DNA from: Chara braunii | Taxonomy: Eukaryota; Plantae; Charophyceae | Direction: 5' to 3' | Assembly: GCA_003427395.1 (NCBI GenBank) | Contig: BFEA01000005.1 | Span: 1,747,823-1,811,497, forward strand | DNA: 63,675 nucleotides | Part shown: positions 36,650 through 49,086 of the stretch, piece by piece | Position numbering within the stretch: position 1 is the first letter of the stretch | Layout of the letters: the number at the start of each line of letters is the position of its first letter | The notes under the pieces: generated by a model | Databases searched by the model: none | What the model was told of the DNA's origin: nothing | The model's input: only the letters and a program-made list of their open reading frames with translations | Made by a program: the position numbers and the translations under genes

Positions 36650-38127
36650 AACAGGAACTCAGGCCATCACATAGATTCGGTGTTTAGTTTTTCTTTTCTT
36701 TTTCCACATTTTCTTTCCCCTCGCTTCTCCTTTTCTTGGTTCCTTTCATTTTGACAGCGATATCCGTTCCATGCACCTAACCCATAACCTGGCCAAGGGC
36801 ACCCGACGCGCAGTAGAAAGGACCGCGTCGGTCCCTCCACCTTCGCGTCCCAGGGCGAGCCCGACGGCTACCACGGCCACAGGCCGGTAGTGCTCTGCTG
36901 TACAGCAGGGCGCCGAGCTTGCGTGGACCAAAGGAAAGTCATGAGGCACACCCCCCCCCCCTTTTTGCTGAGGCAGGCACCAACAGGACCACTCCACGTC
37001 AAGGTACAGCCCGAGTACTAGGGATCGTAGAGGTTCGGGAACATGCGTACAGGCCACGACGTCGGAGCAAGAGTCCGATACCAAGCAGGGACTTGGTACG
37101 CAGAGGAGGGCCGGGACACATCACCCTCCAACATGACACCAAACCCCCACCCAGTGTCCCCGCTGTGTCAAAACACAAGCACAACCAATATAAAATAGTA
37201 CAGGCCGGCATTCATTTTCATTCTGGCCTACTGTGTAGTTCGTACGACGGGTTTCGCACCTGTCAGCTTCTCATATTCTCGCAGCACTTGCATTCTCGCT
37301 TTCTTCTTTTTATTGCTTGCTACTTTTTTTTTTTCTTTTTTTTTTTTTCAAACTTTACGCAGCCATCTTTTTCTCTTTTCTTTTGCGGTTCGCCCTTTTC
37401 GTTTTCCTAACCCATCCAGCCTGTGTGTATCCTCTCTATCATTTTAGTAGTCGCCGCCTCGCGCAAGAAGTGAGTATAGCTCGGAGGAGGAGGAAGAAGA
37501 AAGGCGGGGCTATGGTACCTACTCTAAACTTTATCTGCGACATCCCCCTTCTAGCTGGTCTGAGAGGACTCCATCTCCAAACAAGATGGAGTATTATCAG
37601 AAGAAGTTCGAGGCGCGGTACGGCGCGCCAACCACTTCTTCCCCTCCTTACTCACCCAGAGTTCCCACTACCCCTGTAGCGAGTAGGGTTTTAATGCCGG
37701 GTACCTCACCTCCTAATCCCTTTGCAGTCTCTTCCTCTTCTCATCCCAATAACTGCACTCTTTGTCGTATCTTCTTCCTTCTCGTCTTACTTTAGGTTGA
37801 CTTCATGACTGTCTTCTACATTCTGTATAAGCTTGATTTCCTCTCGAGTTTCTGAATTGATTTCTCTCAAGTCTTTTGCTTATATCACACTTTACAGCAT
37901 CCCTAGCTTAAGAGTTTGAATACATTAAGGCCGAGGATGTAGGCTCCTCGTGAACCATGCCGCTTGTCGGCCACCAAATAATTTTTTAAGAAGAATTTTT
38001 CATTTGTTGTTGGTTTGGCTTACCGCTAAACTCTTTCAGCAAAGAAGGTTACCTTGTACCTTGTTCTAACAGTTGTGTCGGGGATGTTATCCAAGTAACG
38101 ATGACACTCACTTTGTCTGTCATGTTG

Positions 38128-38310
38128 GGGATAGAGTATACCAAACCCTCTTTTTCGTTCTCCGGCCTGAGTGAGACGTCTCCTCAATTTCTCAAGCATC
38201 TGAAGGGGATACCAAACCCCGTTCTTTTCTCTGGTCTGCGTGAGGCATTTCCTCAACTTCTCAGACAGGAAACGTATACCAAACACTTTTCACTTTTCTC
38301 TGGTCTGGGA
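38128..38310. repeat. Three ~70-bp units, each with an ATACCAAA-loop hairpin
   Basis: ATACCAAAC at ~38139, ~38209 and ~38276. The equivalent in copy 2 includes the perfect stem GGAAAAGGG-ATACCAAA-CCCTTTTCC (~55460). Confidence 0.8.
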
Positions 38311-38530
38311 ACTTCAAGTGAACCTGCATAACAACAAGTTCCATAGACAACAGATCGCAGCCCCAGCAAACAGACCGTCTGACAACCGGCAGTCAGGCAC
38401 TAGCAAATTAAAATAAAACCGATAAATAAAATAATAAATAATAAAATAATAAAGTAATAAAATAATAAGTTTCTTCACACCCAAGAGTTAATGATTGCCC
38501 TGTTTTTGGCCCATCAGTGGCCAGGAATGA

Positions 38531-39333
38531 CAGACCTCCCGTCAGTCTGACATACCTTATTCAGCCCACCTAAGGCCAGGACCAGTCGTTTGTCTTGACG
38601 GCCGCTTCGACCTGCCTCCAGGTCAGGACCAGCATACCCACTACTCGAGTATGGTAGCCCTTTGGCACTCTCGCCAGGACACCCAGACTATAGCGGGTCT
38701 GGTCACCCTATGAAAGTAGACCTCCCGTCAGTCATACTGTCCCGTACCCGGATTTGATCACTGCGGTCGGGGACCGACTCACCCACCAGTTTTTGGCCTA
38801 GGGTGCTGGCTGCCCCGTCCAGACTTTTGAATGTGGGACCCGGTCTAACCAGAGTTCCAGGCTCTGACGATCCTCAGTGGATTGCATCCTCTGACTGCGG
38901 TAGGGTTCCAGCTGACCCCTTTCGACCTCACAGGCCAGACCCTTGGAGGCTTAGTCTCAGTCGACTACGGAATTCGACACTCGCGTCGGGGACCTGCTGA
39001 CCCTACTTGATTGCAACCTATTGCGGTAAGGCTCTGGCTAGCCCCGATAATCAATGCATCTTTAGGTTAGAGAAGAAAATCCCTGGCGCATACAATCAGG
39101 CAAGCATGTCATAACCCACAAGCAGACTGCCCATGCCCCAAATAACAGGACAAACATTTCCTCAAGAGACGTCACTTCAGTCTCAAGAGGCACTGAACAG
39201 AAACATGATAACCAGCATCAAGCCCTTACATGAGACCTCCCTTCAGTCTCAAGAAGAATGCTTAGTGCTGGTGCCAAAGAGGTCCCTTCCCTCAGTTGGG
39301 AATTTCTTTTCTAAGAGACGTCCCGTCAGTCCC
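38531..39333. repeat. Five dispersed GAC-[STCMCKTCA]-GTC hairpins in the 3' UTR
   Basis: At 38531, 38716, 39166, 39231 and 39315; counterparts at ~55716-56520. Confidence 0.8.
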
Positions 39334-39906
39334 AATGAAATACTGAAATGCTGATTTCAGAGAGGTCCCTTTTCTCATTTGAGTGAAGATAGGCAACTTA
39401 GTCAAGAAACAAGAAGTCCCTCTACTGACAACTCTCAGTCAAGTAAAGTTGAACTTCTTTATGATTGTCCTCATCTGAATTTCTTGGATTGCCAACTTAG
39501 TCAGAGACACGAGGCTCTTTTGCTGACAACTCTCGATCAGACATAAATGAATTTTTTTATGCCCATCATGCTTTTCTCTTTATCATAAAGATAATACTGA
39601 TTACATCTTTTGATGTGCCACAACCATGAGTCTCTCGAATCTTGTCACTGCATCAATGCTCATCGCAACTTTATCTCACAGTTACTCCCCACTCTCAGGG
39701 ACTTGACACTTATGGATCGATTGTAGCACCGAATCAAAGATATAGTTTCATTAACTTTGTTGCTTGCTGAAACAAAAAATTAACTGATATGCCAAAAATT
39801 TAAAAGCTGAATTGACAATGCAAGAACGATCAAAGTCTGTTGAAAACCGAGTCTTGCTGCCTCATTGTCTTATTGTACTCTCTCTCAGTTCTCAGGAACT
39901 GTTCTC

Positions 39907-41130
39907 TTAATGAGATGGTTGTCCTTTTTTTCCTCTCTTTGAGGTCACTGTAGGGATCAGATCAGGATCTCTGAAGATGAACTTACGAAGTCTTGACCCT
40001 GATACCATGTCGTGAACCCTGGATCCATCAATCTCTGAAATCTCATAGACTTTGCCTTCTGCTTCTCCTGTGATTCTGTAAGGACTAAGTCATCTGGGCT
40101 GCAATCGTTTAGTCCATTGAGTCTCAAGAGAACTATCGAACAGAAGAACAACGTCACCAACTTTCAATTTTTTTTTTTTAATATATCTTTTTTTGTTCCA
40201 TTTTTCTTGATCTGATAGTCTGCTGGATGACATTGTCTCTGCAGCATCCATCACTGCTTGATCAACCTCAGATATTTATCTCATTCTGATCTGGAGGAGG
40301 TCTTAAATAGAATAGTCTCTGTCACTCTCTTGACTTGACCATGTTTTGACTATGTTCTCAATTAGCAAGATAGCATACCGACCATACCACAGAGTACATG
40401 GAGCATAACCACTAGTCCTCTTGACAGTGATGTTGTCAGCATATACAGCAGCTCTTAGTATTTTTGGCCAGTTACTAAGATTTACTTCATACCACTTGGC
40501 CAATGAGTCTTTCAGAGTTTTGAAAGCCCTCTCAACAGGTGCGTTTGCTTGAGGATGATAGGTATTCGGATATCGAATTCTGACACCCAACCTTAGAGTG
40601 GTCCTTCTTACAATCTCATTTGTGAACTCTAATCCTCTGTCTGAGACAAACTCTCTGATGAAAGGATACCTTAGATAGACATCCTCTATCCAGTCAGCTA
40701 CCTGCTCGGCTGTCTTCCTCCTCAGAGTCTTTGCCTCAACATAGTTAGAAACATTCTCTTTCATGTTCAATATGTACCTCATCCCTCCCTTGCCTAGTGA
40801 CATGGTGATAACGTCCAAATGAACTTTGCTGCTTGATTATACCAAAATAGTAGGGAATAAAGACTCAATCATGCTCGTAGGAGATGTTTTCTGACATAAC
40901 AAACATGACTTACAAAACCTGTAGATTATTTATCTCATGTCAGGCCAGAAGTAAAGTTTAACTGTCTTAGAGTAGGTTGCTTCAGCAGCTCTATGGTCAC
41001 CTGTAACCCCCTTGTGTAGAACAGCAATTATCTCCGGTTATCTTTCCTTGCCACAAACCACTCTTAGTGGAGGCAGTCCTCCCTTGCCATCCACAAAGAG
41101 GTGACCTCTCTTTAGCATGAGTTTTTTCCT
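39907..41130 (-). pseudogene. pol: Integrase (HHCC, DDE core, GPY/F), copy 1
   Basis: FVSDRGLEFTN, YHPQANAPVER and a C-terminal tail matching WLGPY of copy 2; contains stops and frameshifts. Confidence 0.92.
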
Positions 41131-41423
41131 TAGATTTTTACTATAATATTCCTTCAAGTGTTCTTTCTCCATTTTCTTCCCAATTTCTTGGTAAACTTCA
41201 TCGTACTTTTCAAAGATAAATGATATCTTTTTTTTTTTTTCTCACCTTCGTCTTCATTCTTTGAGCCTGAATTTTCCCCTATCTCATGGACTGCGACGAC
41301 CGCTGCATTGATCTTTGCATGCCAGTCATTCTGTTCTTCCTCATCTTCTTTCCCGAGAATTGATTCATAGACATAGGCATCAGGGATTTCTCCCCACCTG
41401 TCTCTTTCTTTAGGCCATAAACC

Positions 41424-43117
41424 TTACTTATATGAGCTTGGCACTTCATAATCTTCATCATCTTTCTCATCCAGAAAATTATCAACATAAGAAGATTCTT
41501 CAATAGTTCCTTCAATATCTTCTTCTTCTTCATCTTTCCTCCATTCGATTCGACTTAGGGCATCCGCTCTGTTCTTCTCAGTTGGAATATTTTCCAAGAC
41601 AAAATCAAATGTCAAAATGAAGGCTATCCATCTGCTTACTTTTGGATCTACTTGTTGGTGCTTCTTAATTGCACCAATCACAACAGATGCATCAGTTCTC
41701 AGAATGCATCTCCTTCCAAGGACATAGTGTCTGAAGCACCTGAGACAGTGGATAATGGCCAGTAACTCTTTCCTGAACTTGGTGTAGCCTCTTTCTGTGG
41801 AGTTGAGAGTCCATCTCTCAAATCTCAAGGGTCTTTCTCTACCATTTTCATCTTTCTGTATGAGTACACCCCCAAGAGCTTCTTGTCCTCTATGTGCCTC
41901 AATGATGAAGGGTCTACCCTCTTCATCGTAAGAGTAAGGCATTCCCAACACCACACCTCCATCTTTTAAAATTTCTTGTAGAGTTTCTGCAGCAGTCTGT
42001 TTTTTCTCAGTCCAAGATAAATCAGCCCATTGTCTCACCATTTCCCTCAGTGGTTCTGCAAGAGTAGCAAAATGAGGTATGAAAATCCTCCAGAACCCAC
42101 AGACATCAAAAAAGTTTCTGACATCTGTCACCCGCTTGAGGGGCAGAGGCCAGTTCAAAATTTTGTCTATCTTTTGGGGTCAAGGCTCCTACCCTTGGAG
42201 AAACATCTGACGCCCAAAATGGTGACCTCAACTTGGAAGAGAAGCGACTTTGGCCCACTGACAGTCATATTATATTTCTGAAGTCTCTCTAGGACCAGCT
42301 TTACACCTTCAGCATGCTCCCAGACAAACTTCCTAACGTCATCCCCAACCAAACTTTTGTCTCTTACCATAGGTCATTTTACACGATTATCATTAATATA
42401 CGGACTGGTTATCTCAGGTGAGATATCCTGCATGACTTTGATCATATCCTTTTAAACCACTGCCACACCATTAGTCCAACCTTAGGACACCACGCACATT
42501 TGAATGAGACCTCTTTGCGTGACAGTTATTGGTCGACTAGTAAGATCAATGAGAAACTGATCATAGCCAGAATACAAATAAATTAAAGAATAGATGCATC
42601 GGCCATCAAAGGATTCAGAAAGGAGATCAGCATTAGGGAGGCTACTTGCATCACATACCGTTACTGAGTTGAGCTTTTGGAGATTCTGTATCCATCTCAA
42701 TCCACCCCCTGGTTTCCAAAAGCAAAACCAGTGGTTAGCATACGGTCCATCAGCAGGTTCAACAACATTGGAGACCATCTTTTTGTCAAGATATTTTATC
42801 ACTTCTGCTTCTTCTTTCAGGGCATACTTGGTTGGTCTATCATTCCATGGGATGTGATCAACTGTCCAGATTTTGCCATCTTAATCATATCCACATCCAA
42901 TCGCCCTCTTTCTTCATCATTAAAAGATAATGCACCAGAGAACTCTTGATACACCTTGAAGATATATTGTTTCTCTACAGGCAAGATAAATTGATCAGAA
43001 CCTATCTTCATCGTGTCAAACCTTTCTCTGGTGACTCTATTCTCAAATTTCACAGATTTCCTTAATGCCTTAATAATTCTTCTCTCTTTTTCCAATGTCT
43101 CGTCATAATCTTTTTCT
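41424..43117 (-). pseudogene. pol: Reverse transcriptase and RNase H, copy 1
   Basis: KPGGGLRWIQNLQKLN, YSGYDQF, YIND (mutated YIDD), LGGVLIQ, KELLAI, KNRADALSR. Confidence 0.95.
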
Positions 43118-43125
43118 ATTAAGAC

Positions 43126-44076
43126 CAGTGTTGTCACGCGGGGATCCCCGGGGCCCAAGCCGGGGTGGGGGTTTCACCCCCACAACCCCGCCGCGAGGAT
43201 CCCCGACCCCCGTCCCCTCCAAATCAACCCCGCACGTGCCCCNNNNNNNNNNNNNNNNNNNNNNNNNNNNNNNNNNNNNNNNNNNNNNNNNNNNNNNNNN
43301 NNNNNNNNNNNNNNNNNNNNNNNNNNNNNNNNNNNNNNNNNNNNNNNNNNNNNNNNNNNNNNNNNNNNNNNNNNNNNNNNNNNNNNNNNNNNNNNNNNNN
43401 NNNNNNNNNNNNNNNNNNNNNNNNNNNNNNNNNNNNNNNNNNNNNNNNNNNNNNNNNNNNNNNNNNNNNNNNNNNNNNNNNNNNNNNNNNNNNNNNNNNN
43501 NNNNNNNNNNNNNNNNNNNNNNNNNNNNNNNNNNNNNNNNNNNNNNNNNNNNNNNNNNNNNNNNNNNNNNNNNNNNNNNNNNNNNNNNNNNNNNNNNNNN
43601 NNNNNNNNNNNNNNNNNNNNNNNNNNNNNNNNNNNNNNNNNNNNNNNNNNNNNNNNNNNNNNNNNNNNNNNNNNNNNNNNNNNNNNNNNNNNNNNNNNNN
43701 NNNNNNNNNNNNNNNNNNNNNNNNNNNNNNNNNNNNNNNNNNNNNNNNNNNNNNNNNNNNNNNNNNNNNNNNNNNNNNNNNAGCCATCCCCGGCCCCGCA
43801 CCCCGCTCAGCCCCGCCCCGGCCCCGCGCCCAGGGTGACCCCGGGCTCACCAGGGGTGGGTGTAGCCCCGGGGGGGGCCCGAGGTGGGCCCAAAACTGCA
43901 TTTTTGCAGTTTGGCCTAGGGGGTGCAGGATACCGTTGCGCACCTCCCCGTTTTTTTTTGTTTTTTTTTTTTTGTGGGGGAGGGGGGTCCGGAGCCTGGG
44001 TCAGGGGTGCCCACCCCCGGACCCCCGGACCCCCGGACCCCCGCCGGGGCCCTGGGGCCAGGGCTCGACAACCCTG
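43126..44076. mobile_element. hAT-type DNA transposon insertion (interior is mostly gap)
   Basis: 8-bp TSD ATTAAGAC (43118-43125 and 44077-44084); TIRs CAGTGTTGTC / GACAACCCTG; empty site in copy 2 at 59881-59888. Confidence 0.9.
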
Positions 44077-44501
44077 ATTAAGACTGCCACTGGGTTCTTC
44101 TTCAACCCCTTGGGCTTATTTTTTTTTTTTGACCGAGTGGCTATTTTTCTAAAAAATGATGAGTTGATGCAAACTTTAATTCCATTTTTCCACCTTTGGC
44201 AGTCTCAACAGCCTTCTTAAAGGCATCAATCTGCCCATCCTCATCTTTGAGTCTTCCAAGGGTCTTTACAATCTTTGAAATCTGATTGATATCAACTGAG
44301 ACCTCCTCCTTAAGTTCCTGTTTATCTTTTCCCATTAATCTTTCTTGCCCTCTCACCGGACTTTTCCCTTCTAATTGAGTTGACTGATATCTTGTGTTTG
44401 TGATGGTAAGGCGGACAGACCACGAAAGTCTGCTCTTGTGCAGTTTTCGAGTCTTGCAGACTGATCAAGGATGACTCTTCATGACTGAAGAACTGGACAA
44501 C

Positions 44502-44951
44502 CTACATCCTGTGTAAGAACGGAGTGCCCAGAATACAGTCATGATCCAAGTCTGGTATCACAAATCTCAATAACTCGACTGACATCATCCCGACTTCATT
44601 ACGCAGATGGTCAATAAATCCTGCCAAGCAGAGTTCTCCAGCAATATTGCTTAGCGTTTGCATCGCAGGTCTATCAATAGTCAGTCCACAAGCCTCCATT
44701 GCCTTTTGAGAGATAAGTATCATCTCCGCCCAGGAATCCACTAAGGCTCGAATTTTCACTTGATTAATATAGATCGTCGAATAACTATAACCCATGGTTG
44801 CGAATCTCATCTTATATCGACGCAAGGTCTTGTTAACTTGACTAGGAAAGACTGATCCCAAATAATTAACCTCCATTTTTTTCTTCTCAATTAACTTCTT
44901 CAATTCCTCTCTCAACTTAGGTGTTAATGTCATTGCCTCCTTGAAGGGCAA
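44502..44951 (-). pseudogene. pol: Retroviral-type aspartic protease, copy 1
   Basis: ALVDSWAEMILIS (DSG mutated) ... ILGTPFL. Confidence 0.9.
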
Positions 44952-45313
44952 TGTTACCTCTGTTTCTTCGATTATCTTCGTAATTACATCAGTATTTACA
45001 GTTTCATCTTTTAGTTCATTTTAGAGTAAAATTTTATCTTCTTCCCTTGTTCACTTCTCTTGGGTGAAGGTCCCGGTTCTCGATCATTAAGGATTTCAAT
45101 CAGCGCTTCCTCAGTCTTTCTTCTTTTCTTTTCCTCTATCATTTGAAGGGTTAAATGTGCATGAACATTCCTCATTTCCCCAATCACTTTGTCAGGTTCC
45201 ATAACGAGTTCTGGGGGTAATTCACCCTCAAATGACATCATGTTAGCCGAACAAACAGACTCGCTAGGAGAAAATACTACCAACTCAGAGGAAATCTGAG
45301 TAGCAGAATTCTC

Positions 45314-46460
45314 TCATAACGAAAGGCCGCCAGGAATGATCTCATCAGTCATGTCCTCCACTAAAGAGAGAGACCGTAGAGGAAACTCAATCAAGGCAAG
45401 TGAATCATCAGACTCTTGTATAAGTCCCTTAGGCAGTTCACCTACGAAAGTATGTACATTCACCTTAGCCTTTCTTTTTTTATTTTTCTTCATCTTTTCA
45501 TCATGCTTAAGGGCAAGAAGTCGCATACCTCCAGGATGTCTAGGATTTAATTTGTTCCATGAACTGTCACAAACATGACCCTTTGCATCCATTTTTGTCA
45601 CCCCACTCTTCACATCCTCTTCCAAAGGCTTACAGCAAGTGGTTGTGTGACCTCCTTTACCACAATAATAGCAGACAAATTTCTTCTTAAGTCGTTCGTC
45701 GTACTTTCTTCTCTCTCTGTTCCCTTTTTCACCATTTCCTCCATTCTTTTTAGATCTAGAAGAATCACTTCTTTTACCATAGTCATCATCATCATCACCG
45801 TCCTCATCATCATCACTTTCAACCATTTTCTTCTCTTTCTCATCCACAACATGATTGACAGACATGTAGTTCGTCATAAGTCTTTGGATAATATTTTTTA
45901 CATTCAGATTGTTTCCTCTGCATAAACCATTCTCTGTCTCCGAGTCCTTAGCCAACGTACTGATGTGATCCGTGACCACTTCTTTTGAGAGACCGTAGGC
46001 AAGGTTCTGAAAATTGCAACAATTTCATCCCATCTTAGAGGGTAATTTTGAGCCTGATGGAAGGCTGTCTGCCTTTCAGTGTTAGTGAAATTAGTAAGAA
46101 ATATATGGCATCTCTGGGCTTCATCCAAATATAGGATTCTCCTTGCTGTTCGGATAAAAGTTTGGAGAAAAACATTGAAAGTGTCATACTTAGCTCTTCT
46201 GATGTTGAGTAAATCCTTGGTTGTAGTTGGAATTGAGTCTTTCTCAAATTCTCTTTTCATTCTTTCCTTGATTTCTTCCCATGTAGTGACCCCTTCCATC
46301 AATTCTTGAACAGCCAACCTCGAGTCAGTGTCACAGTAAGATAAAAGGTGCTTAAGCCGTTGCTTGTTTGTCCAGCCATAACGAAGCCCAAACAATTCAT
46401 ATTCATGTAAAAAATAATTTACTTGAGACCCTCTGAAGCATGAAATTCTCTCATCTGACC
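45314..46460 (-). pseudogene. gag: Gag (capsid-like region plus zinc knuckle), copy 1, frameshifted
   Basis: CYYCGKGGHTTTCC knuckle; a frameshift near 45970 relative to the open copy 2. Confidence 0.88.
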
Positions 46461-46546
46461 TCTTTGTTCTTGCAATATCTGACCCTCCTTTTATAGTATC
46501 AACCCTCTATACCAGTTCCCGTATAACACCTACCAGAGTCTCTTCA

Positions 46547-47218
46547 TTAGTTCCCGCAGAAGAACTCGGTCTCCCTCGTCCTTCCATCTTGACCATAGAA
46601 TCTCCCTGATACTTTCTTCTCTCTCTCTGTCATTTTTGTCCTCCCTTTTCTTATTTTTGAATCTCTCACTCTTCTCGCAAGGGATAGAGGTTCATTCCTC
46701 TCTTCTCTTGTCTGCTCTACCCCTTCAGAATTTTGTGCATAGAGCGTATTGGCAATAATAGGCTGGGTAGTAATCAATGACAATGAAATCCTTCTCGGTC
46801 TTCCAATATAATCTTCAATCAGCTCTCTTTCATCATCTCTACTCAATCTTCTATTATACCCTCTCACAGTACCCCGAATCATAAAGTATCGTGTCAAGTC
46901 TATGATCTCATAATCAAATTGCATTGCTTACAGACTGTTGCTGATTCTTCTTGCAAGAGAAACTCGTTCCCTAGAGGAGTGATACGATGCTCCTTCAGTA
47001 GCTCCCACTTTCTCCACCCTCAGTAAATAGCTAGTCTCAGTCTGGTCAATGACGACTCACACGGCAAAATCTCTCATCTGATCAAAGAAGGGTTGCAAGA
47101 ACTCAAGCTCATCCAAGGTACAGAGGTTTCTGTCACAGATCCGAAGAGTCTCTTCAACCTTGACTATCCTTCCTTCCAGCACTACCCCAAACGTTAGCTG
47201 TTCAGCCAAGTTGGGCAT
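46547..47218 (-). pseudogene. ORF upstream of gag (accessory ORF or Gag N-terminal extension) with in-frame stops
   Basis: MPNLAEQLTFGVVLEGRIVKVEE... continues through two stops into ORF 46547-46924. Confidence 0.5.
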
Positions 47219-47934
47219 TGTTAACCATCATAATCAACAACTGAAAGATAGATCTTAGGCTGGACAAATTCAGGTATTTCGAACCTATGTTCAAAGGTAG
47301 TCAAAATAAATGATTTTATCATCACAATAGAGTTTTTTCCTCTTGCTCTACCAACCTCCGTAGTAGCCTCTAATAGAGGCATCCAATCTCATCTCTCTTC
47401 AAATCCATCAACAACTGAGAACTCATGGAGCCTCTCACATTCTCTTACTCTCACTCTCCATGTATCTTTTCTCCTTAACTTTTCTAGCCACTCTTTTGTT
47501 CGCTCAAGACTGATATACGCCCCTTTGAGACACTCCAAGTAGTCAGCTTCCTCCTTTAGACTTATAAAGTTGATGATTTCCACTAAGAATTTGATTTTCT
47601 GGCTGTGCTACCACACTTCGCACCTACCGGCAGAGGGGAAGGAGCCTAAATCGACGGACCCTTATAAATCAGCAAAACAAGGTGCTCGAATTTTATACAG
47701 AGGAGTAAACTCTCACGTCCAGACTGTCTGAGTTCAGAAATTGACCACAGGAATGTGAAACGTTATTTGTCATTTACCACAAGTCTCATGCCTCAGGATT
47801 ACAAAAGGATTATCATACCCTGTCACCTCATAAAGTTTACCCCTCACAGTAGTTATCCTTGCTACTTAGAGTATTCTTCTTGGACTCTCTTCACTTTCCA
47901 TACAAAATTTATCATAGCAGATCAATTGTCTCTC

Positions 47935-48790
47935 GACGAGTTGATATAAGGTAAGAGAGGGGATGGGAGTCCCTCAAAGACAGTAAATCGAGTAGATCCA
48001 ATGAAACATTTATTCTCCATCTCAAATCTTTCTTTCTCTTTCAGTATAACCTCTTCATCAAATCCCCATCATCTCCCTTACACTGCCTCAGTACTCCTTT
48101 CTTTTGGGACATAAATTCTCACATCATACGTGTCCATGTCAATACAGTAGAATGTCTGTATGTAGAGTCGTTCCTGTTCCCATCCGCTTTCGACCATTTC
48201 ATACTTGACGACCTCATATGAGAACATTTCTTTCTTACTTAAAGCATTCAACGATCTTATGAGTCTTTCAACATTTTCATTGCTCGGACCCGAACCTCTG
48301 CCAAATTTTGACCTTCGCTGTTCAGTTTCCTCTGCTGAGATTTCCTTCGTTCCCATGGCAATACATCTATTTTTGCCAATCCAGTACCATGTTGATGATT
48401 GGTAACCGGTTGCTCCCGTCAAAATAGTTGTCAGGAATATGAGGAATAGAAATTGCCTCATACGTTACTGACATTAAGCCCCATTCCACTCTCTTCCTCT
48501 GCTTGATTAACTCTGTCTTCTCATCACAAAAAGATTGGGTCGCAATTCCCCACAACCAGTTAAAGGCCTCACCATCATCACAGTCTCCCATCTTGACATA
48601 AGGACGGATATCATATAAATCTCCCTCCAACACGCTGATGGCCGAATTGCCAGAACGGTAGATCCAGCAATGCTCATACTGATAGGGGAATATTCCTTTA
48701 GTAGTTACTTTTGAGAGCTCTTTTAATGCATCAGTAGTTAATATTTTTGATGAAGTCTCTGAGCTTCTGACTCTTTCTTTCCCTTCTTAG
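47935..48790 (-). pseudogene. Leader ORF with two tandem ORF-X-like domains
   Basis: LSKVTTKGIFPYQY..DLYDIRPYVKMG..WGIAT..EKTEL and LNALSKKEMFSYEVV..TYDVRIYVPK..WGF..EKE..LPSPLLPY. Confidence 0.7.
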
Positions 48791-49068
48791 TGTTTTAAGG
48801 ACATCATAGGCTCATGAGGCATACCTAAGATCAAGTCTGGTTTTCTCCAATCAGTAATATCAATCTCCTTCTCCAATCCAGTGTGGTACCTCACACAAGG
48901 AAATATAGGATTCAAATAGTAACTTGGTTTGTCAAGAGAATAATGTCTCAAAGAAGATTGCAAAATCGATCTGGAAAACTCAGAAATTGTTAACAGTTCT
49001 CAAGGTCTAATTAAAGCTCAAAGCTGTTTGTTGACCCAGGCTCTTTCCGACCACGAAAAATTTTCATG

Positions 49069-49086
49069 TCCCCGACAACGGCGCCA
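49069..49086 (-). promoter_or_regulatory. tRNA-Asp primer-binding site
   Basis: TGGCGCCGTTGTCGGGGA (1 mismatch to the 5271 copy), 4 nt after the LTR end ...GTGTGACA. Confidence 0.92.

Noticed and set aside
38860-38895. Hammerhead ribozyme core (CTGACGA plus a short stem)
   Set aside because: No GAAA follows stem II in either copy.
39600-39960. Chromodomain after the integrase
   Set aside because: IN ends shortly after the GPY/F tail and no chromodomain motif was seen.
43095-44220. Long ORFs spanning the second N gap
   Set aside because: Artefacts of Ns and GC-rich hAT subterminal sequence.
48078-48461. env-like or secreted protein (hydrophobic N-terminus MRQFLFLIFLTTILTG)
   Set aside because: The apparent signal peptide is an alternative frame of the overlapping ORF-X-like domain, and the position is 5' of gag rather than after pol.
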